Assembly: GCA_050951545.1 (NCBI GenBank)
Contig: JBMNJG010000013.1
Coordinates: forward strand, 1-64,000
Direction of reading: 5' to 3'
Origin: Limnochordia bacterium
GTDB taxonomy: Bacteria; Bacillota; Limnochordia; DTU080
Length of the DNA: 64,000 nt
Part shown: positions 58,551 through 64,000 of the stretch, in pieces
Numbering within the stretch: the first letter of the stretch is position 1
Layout: every line of letters starts with the position of its first letter
The notes under the pieces: generated by a model
The model's database searches: none
Told to the model about the DNA's origin: nothing
The model's input: only the letters and a program-made list of their open reading frames with translations
Translations under genes and position numbers: made by a program

Positions 58551-58934
58551 TTGTTGTCTGCACTCGGGCTACATGGGATCCTATCACATTACGGTTTCCC
58601 CCGGGTGACAGGCAGCTACGCGCTGAGGCTGATGACCTGGAGAGACTTGGATATACCTCGTGAGCGATCAGATGTCGGTCTTGTCGTTCTTTGGCTTGGT
58701 GGTCGCCTGGTGGAATGCCTATCCCCAGTGAGGATGCACTACAGGAACGAACGCCTGGCGAGGACGCAGGGCCTGCCGAACGGGCTGTATTGCGGGATCT
58801 ACCTTGGAGACGAGCGGGCAGGAGCGTGGAAGATCGGTATACGGGCGGTGGACTCGAGGGAGTGTGATCGTCTCACAGCGTTCATCGATTCGATAGCGGG
58901 CCGTCTTACACCCAAGTTACGACATCGAATTTAG
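58551..58934 (+). pseudogene. Nucleotidyltransferase-like gene remnant
   Basis: VTGSYALRLMTWRDLDI motif; no clear start; short. Confidence 0.55.
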
Positions 58935-58946
58935 GAGGCCGTACCA

Positions 58947-59633
58947 ATGGCAAACGCCAGTTTCTCTCAGGTAATGGGTAGCATCCAGGGGGCGTTTGAC
59001 TCAGTTCTGCAGCCTAAGGGTTTTCAGGCGCATGAGTATACGTATAACCGGGGCATGGAGGATGGCCTCATCCAGGTGGTCGACATTCAGCTATACCCGT
59101 CGAAGCTTCCGTATCCTGGTTGGGAGAAGTATCGTGCTCGGTTCACGATCAACTTGGGCGTCTATGTTCCCGAGGTAGGTGAGCACTACAGTGCTACCCT
59201 GGCGCAGACCCCGTGGGTTAAGGAGAGCGGCTTAGTTGTAGCACCGCTGGAGCCTTGGGTGCTTGACATCCAGTGCGCTCTGCGGGAACGGATTGGCCAC
59301 GTATCAGAGGATGCTAAAGACATCTGGTGGCCCCTCCGTGAAGACGAGATGATTATCGAGGATGCTCTTTATTACCTTCAGACCTACGGGATTCCCTTTG
59401 TTGAGCACTGGTCCAGTCGAGACAGGATACTGGAGAACTGGGATGAGAACACAGCTAGAGGCATGAACCTGGCACCCAATGTTGTGAAAGCGATCATCTT
59501 GTCAGAAAGGGGCGACATGGAGTCTGCTCGGGTACTGCTGGCGGAGCATGTGCACGAGCTGGATAGTCCGGATTCCGAACACTTTTTTCGGAGGCTCGCC
59601 AAGAGACTGGGGATTTGGAGGCTAGACGGCTAA
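58947..59633 (+). CDS. DUF4304-like hypothetical protein
   Basis: RBS AGGAGG; LQPKGF, IQVVDIQ, FTINLGVY, RERIG, DIWW. Confidence 0.7.
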   Translation: MANASFSQVMGSIQGAFDSVLQPKGFQAHEYTYNRGMEDGLIQVVDIQLYPSKLPYPGWEKYRARFTINLGVYVPEVGEHYSATLAQTPWVKESGLVVAPLEPWVLDIQCALRERIGHVSEDAKDIWWPLREDEMIIEDALYYLQTYGIPFVEHWSSRDRILENWDENTARGMNLAPNVVKAIILSERGDMESARVLLAEHVHELDSPDSEHFFRRLAKRLGIWRLDG

Positions 59634-60217
59634 CAAGCTGCCCGCCATGTCACAGGAGGCTATTCGCATACTGGTCTCGAGCTAGCGCCTGGGGTGCTGG
59701 TTGAGGACGCGACAGTGGCCTTGCCCTCATCTGCATGTTAAGCGAAGCGCGTCTTTGATGAGATGCCATCTATATAATAGACAAAACACGTCGATACTAG
59801 TCGGAGGATTCTAGATGGAGTCATCGAAGGAAACTGAGAAGTGATTACCAGGTTTTAATTAGACTCGTTCTCGCGGGGCACATACCATCCGGACTATTTC
59901 GTACAGAATCGGCCGCGGTGAATGCACAAACTGGGCCCGATCCTAAGGCGGTCGAGGAGGTGCGAACTGGTCTGAGGACGGAGGTGAACGCTGCGCGATG
60001 GGAACTCGCCCCTCAGATGCCACAGAGGCTCTCCAGGTGGCGATCGATTCGGGGGTATGGCGCCGCATCGTTTTGTGGTAATAGCTAGGAAAGACGAATA
60101 TCGCGCACACAGGAGTCGGTCTTTGCCGCCCAGGACGTAAGAAACTCTGTTATTCGCAGCTATGGTTCTACCATTCGCATGCACTTCGCATGATCGGGAA
60201 ATAGACAAGAGGGAGAG

Positions 60218-61558
60218 ATGTCAGTGCGCAAGCCCAGTTGGCGATGGGGATGGGCGTTTGCCTTATGTTTGTGTATATTGTTGGCAGCAACACTCGGCGT
60301 CAATGCAGTAAGTAAGGCGAAACTCGAAGTCTATGTCAGAGCTGCGGGCATTGCTGGGGGTACTGCGGCAGAGACAGAATGGGAAAATCAGATGTACGCT
60401 GACTTCCAGGAAAAGCACCCTGATATCACACTCGACTTGATAACCCCAGTAGGTAGTGCTGGGTACTTAGAGAAACTGATCACATTGTGGGCCGTTGGTC
60501 AGCCTCCTGATGTGTGGGACCATGGCGGATTTGTGGCTAGCTACATTGAAAAGGGCTGGCTACTGGACTTGGCCCCCTTCATTCAACGCGAACCTGACCT
60601 AGGCAAAGACTTCTTCCCGGGTGCTTGGCGAGCATATCAGCAAGGCGGCCACGTGTGGGGGATGCCGCATGTATCGATGTCATCTCTGATCTGGTACAAT
60701 GTCGACCTCTTTGAGCAAGCAGGACTGCCGCTGCTCCCCGTTGACTGGGACGATCCCTCGTGGACCTGGGATGCTATGGTCGACTACGCGAAGAGATTGA
60801 CACGACTCACACCTGACGGACGCTTCGAAAGAGCGGGCGTCTCTGTCGGCTTGGGCGGGGGCATAGAAAGCCCCGTCTACTCTAACCTGTGGGGCGGTGA
60901 CTGGTTCGATGAACAGACCCATAGGACAGGGGAACCGCATGTGAGTACCATCGCCAGCCCCGAAAACATCAAGGCCTACGAAAAAGTAGTGGATCTCATT
61001 CAGAACTATGGCGGCAATGTAGCTGGTGGCTACGCTGGTGGCAAGGTGGGCATGGCGGTTCGCACGCCGCTGAACATCGCTGCCACGGCTCGACAAGACG
61101 CGTTTTTCTGCCGTTGGGGTTTTGCACCGATGCCCGCGGGTACGCACCGGGCTGCCGCACTCTATACAGACCCCTGGATGATTAGTAGCCAAACCAAGCA
61201 CCCTGAGGAAGCATGGCTGTTCATCAAGTACATGACCAGTGTGGAAGTGATGAAGAACTACACTGCCTTCGGGTTTGGCCTGGCACCTGTGGCCAGAAGA
61301 TCAGCCATCAAAGGCTACATTGACAGACTTGTGGATGCCTCCGATGCCCAGAATTTCAACCAGATTCTGTCGGTACTATCGGGTGGGCAGGTCTATGGAC
61401 GAGAAGTATATGACCACACCATCGCGGGGTGGGCAGATATCTGGAGGGTAACCCGTGAGGAGTTCCCATTGATGGTTCAGGGGGCCAAGAGCGTACAAGC
61501 TGCCCTTCTGCAGGCACACGATGCAATCACGGCCATCATCAGCGAGCGGAAGCGCTAG
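60218..61558 (+). CDS. ABC sugar solute-binding protein
   Basis: Signal peptide; VGQPPDV, WLLDL, WYNVDLFEQAGL, WTWD, TKHPEEAWLF. Confidence 0.9.
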   Translation: MSVRKPSWRWGWAFALCLCILLAATLGVNAVSKAKLEVYVRAAGIAGGTAAETEWENQMYADFQEKHPDITLDLITPVGSAGYLEKLITLWAVGQPPDVWDHGGFVASYIEKGWLLDLAPFIQREPDLGKDFFPGAWRAYQQGGHVWGMPHVSMSSLIWYNVDLFEQAGLPLLPVDWDDPSWTWDAMVDYAKRLTRLTPDGRFERAGVSVGLGGGIESPVYSNLWGGDWFDEQTHRTGEPHVSTIASPENIKAYEKVVDLIQNYGGNVAGGYAGGKVGMAVRTPLNIAATARQDAFFCRWGFAPMPAGTHRAAALYTDPWMISSQTKHPEEAWLFIKYMTSVEVMKNYTAFGFGLAPVARRSAIKGYIDRLVDASDAQNFNQILSVLSGGQVYGREVYDHTIAGWADIWRVTREEFPLMVQGAKSVQAALLQAHDAITAIISERKR

Positions 61559-61577
61559 ACGCTTCGTTACTGGCTAT

Positions 61578-61613
61578 CACACCGCCAGATGTGAGCATGC
61601 GTCTGGCGGTGTG
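61578..61613 (+). terminator. Strong stem-loop after the SBP gene
   Basis: CACACCGCCAGATG / CGTCTGGCGGTGTG 14-bp stem; no U-tract, so possibly an mRNA stabiliser. Confidence 0.55.
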
Positions 61614-62289
61614 TCGCGCAAGAGGCCGCCGTGGGACGGAGACACCTTCAGTTTCATTAGTAGCGACGCACATTCGCTCAACGTGCCAGCCACCACCCGT
61701 TCTGTGCAAGGGACTATGCCCGAAAACAGCAATGATAAAACAGGTGGAATGGCCTTCTGCAGGTGCCAGTGAGTAGGAGCTCTCTTGCCGCGCGGCATTC
61801 AGCTCACAGGCGTGATGCACGCCCTATGTATAACGTGTCCTTGTCGCACGCCTTGCCCTCAGAAGAGCATCGTGCTTCGGCTCGCAGCCCAGAGACCCAG
61901 ATGCACAAAGTCACCGAGGCCCGCAACAACTTGATGTGGAAGGCCGTACGCGACCAGGTGGTACCGAGCAAAAAGACTGCGAAGCAGGTCATCCTGGAAA
62001 TCGCTGAGGCGGTGCGGGCGTTGTGCAAGTAGGGTGCAAGGATCATCTTTCAGATAGCTGTGACTGAGATACGGTACCAGGGCATTGATGTTATCGGAAA
62101 ACAACTCCTGTGAAAGAAGGAAAGGCACTAAGCGACTCGAATGTGACTATTGATGCCTCGTATCCGCTGTGGCCTGCGCCGTTTTCCATGGTGATGCCGA
62201 TATGGTCGCAGGGCGAGCACCTGTCGCCACAGCGCTTCCGGAGATCGCGAGGCGGTGAGCATACCCACATAATGGAGGGACACAAGCCG

Positions 62290-64000
62290 ATGATGAGTCT
62301 GGCCGCCGTAGACTTCACGCGGGTGAGGCTGCAAGATCGGTTTTGGGCACCACGCCTAGAGACAAACCGCAAGGTAACGCTGCCAATCCAGTACAAGCAC
62401 CTTCGGAAGACGGGACGCATCGATGGAATTGACCCTGACCATAAACCAGGCGATCGCACAGCCCATCACATCTTCTGGGACTCCGATGTGGCCAAGTGGA
62501 TGGAGACTGCCGCATACAGCCTGGCCACCCACCCTGATCCCGAGCTCGAGGCCCAACTCGACGAAGTGATTGCCAAGTTCGCCAAGCTCCAGACGTCCGA
62601 GGGATATATCAACAGCTGGTTTACCGCTGTTGAGCCAGAAAAGCGCTGGACTAATCTGCGCGATTGGCATGAGCTGTATTGCGCTGGGCACCTCATGGAA
62701 GCCGCTGTAGCGCACTTCCGTGCCACAGGCAAGCGCGGCTTTCTAGACATGATGTGCCGTTACGCCGACTGCATCGACAGCGTCTTCGGCACCGAGGAGG
62801 GGAAACTGCGCGGCTACCCCGGCCATGAGGAGATAGAGCTGGCACTAGTAAAGCTCTATGACGTTACGGGCGAAAGCCGCTATCTTGAGCTGGCTAAGTA
62901 CTTCGTGGACCAACGTGGCCAGCAACCCCACTACTACGACGAAGAGGCCAGAAAGCGCGGCGATGACCCATCAAAGTGGACTACCGAGCGCTATCGGTAT
63001 AACCAGTCGCACCTGCCAGTGCGGGAGCAGTCTGAGGTTGCTGGTCATGCCGTAAGGGCTATGTATTTGTACTGCGGCATGGCTGATGTGGCCAGAGAAA
63101 CGGCTGATCAGAGTCTGGTTACGGCCTGCAACACGCTCTGGGACGATGTCTGCCTTAAGCATCTTTACATCACTGGAGGAATCGGCCAGTCCAACCGCAA
63201 TGAGGGTTTCACATTCCATTACGACCTGCCTGAGGAGACCGCCTACTGTGAGACCTGCGCGGCGATCGGGTTGGTATTCTGGAACCACCGGCTATTGCAG
63301 TTGCATGGGGAAGCTCGCTTTGCCGACTGCATGGAGCGTGGCCTATACAATGGTACCATCAGCGGCTGGTCGCTTTCGGGAGATCGCTTCCTCTACGTCA
63401 ACCCACTGGCGAGCACGGGGAATCACCATCGACAAGAGTGGTTTGGCTGTGCTTGCTGCCCTGGCAACATCTCGCGTATGTTGGCCAGCGTAGGGCAGTT
63501 CGTGTACTCAGAGAGGGACGACTCTGCCTGGGTGCACTTGTACGCTGAGGGTGAAGGACGGCTCCAGGTGGGAGGTAGACAGGTTACCATTACGCAACAG
63601 ACAGATTACCCCTGGGACGGCACTGTGAAACTCGAACTAGGTCTTGCTGGGCCTCTATCCTTTACTCTAGCTATGCGCATACCAGGCTGGTGTCGCGAGG
63701 TCACCATCATGCTCAACGGCAACCCCGTGGATATCACCTTCATAGTGGAGAAAGGGTACGCCAAGCTGACCCGGGAGTGGCGCGATGGCGACACGATTGA
63801 GCTATGCATGGCTATGCCCGTAGAGCGCGTAAGAGCAAATCCTGCTGTGCGCCAGGCAAACGGCAAGGTGGCACTGCAACGTGGTCCGGTGGTCTATTGC
63901 CTGGAGGAAGTAGACAATCCAGTCGCCCCGCTGAATCGTATTGCGCTACCTAGGGATTCCGTGTTGGAAGCTCGCTACGATGCGGATCTCCTCGGCGGGG
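62290..64000 (+). CDS. GH127 beta-L-arabinofuranosidase-like protein (runs off the window)
   Basis: Read directly from sequence: FWDSDVAKWMET, HELYCAGHLME, GHEEIELAL, GHAVRAMY, YITGGIG, NEGF, YCETCAA, CACCP, LQRGPVVYCLE. Confidence 0.92.
   Translation, partial: MMSLAAVDFTRVRLQDRFWAPRLETNRKVTLPIQYKHLRKTGRIDGIDPDHKPGDRTAHHIFWDSDVAKWMETAAYSLATHPDPELEAQLDEVIAKFAKLQTSEGYINSWFTAVEPEKRWTNLRDWHELYCAGHLMEAAVAHFRATGKRGFLDMMCRYADCIDSVFGTEEGKLRGYPGHEEIELALVKLYDVTGESRYLELAKYFVDQRGQQPHYYDEEARKRGDDPSKWTTERYRYNQSHLPVREQSEVAGHAVRAMYLYCGMADVARETADQSLVTACNTLWDDVCLKHLYITGGIGQSNRNEGFTFHYDLPEETAYCETCAAIGLVFWNHRLLQLHGEARFADCMERGLYNGTISGWSLSGDRFLYVNPLASTGNHHRQEWFGCACCPGNISRMLASVGQFVYSERDDSAWVHLYAEGEGRLQVGGRQVTITQQTDYPWDGTVKLELGLAGPLSFTLAMRIPGWCREVTIMLNGNPVDITFIVEKGYAKLTREWRDGDTIELCMAMPVERVRANPAVRQANGKVALQRGPVVYCLEEVDNPVAPLNRIALPRDSVLEARYDADLLGG

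Noticed and set aside
61823-62032. Short ORF resembling an SBP C-terminus
   Set aside because: Similarity too weak to call by eye; no RBS.
62085-62105. LacI/GntR-like operator ATGTTATCGGAAAACA upstream of GH127
   Set aside because: Imperfect symmetry and spacing, and no regulator nearby.
1-64000. tRNA/rRNA genes, integrase, reverse transcriptase or prophage genes
   Set aside because: None recognised by eye; a covariance or HMM scan is needed to exclude them.

Overview
A ~57% GC bacterial chromosomal region. GGAGG-type RBSs, Gram-positive-type LexA boxes, many orphan sugar-binding proteins and an Omp85 barrel suggest a diderm Bacillota lineage (Limnochordia-like; inference). It is an accessory, decaying region: carbohydrate genes (3 ABC solute-binding proteins, a heparinase II/III-like lyase, a GH-A-type hydrolase, GH127, glpK, 2 DegT aminotransferases), a Crp/Fnr-PDO-TrxR redox module, three serine hydrolases, defence/TA genes (Mrr, SRA-HNH, MntA/HepT) and many remnants (IS21 istA plus an IS21 end, IscB, MazF, DUF402, DUF1848). 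The most striking item is a pair of paralogous loci (~20.3-22.4 kb and ~56.3-58.2 kb) with one shared architecture: a minus-strand gene for a tandem winged-HTH + C-terminal PD-(D/E)XK/DUF559-like nuclease, LexA box(es) next to the RBS, a short direct repeat on both sides of the gene, and a downstream array of three long structured tandem repeats. This looks like an uncharacterised SOS-controlled mobile element or nuclease/array system. Also notable are a C45 Ntn-hydrolase-TPR-POTRA-Omp85 fusion (type Vd-like autotransporter) and integron attC-like sites with no integrase in the window. Several single-base frameshifts lie in homopolymers and may be sequencing errors. All family calls come from motif recognition by eye; no searches were run.
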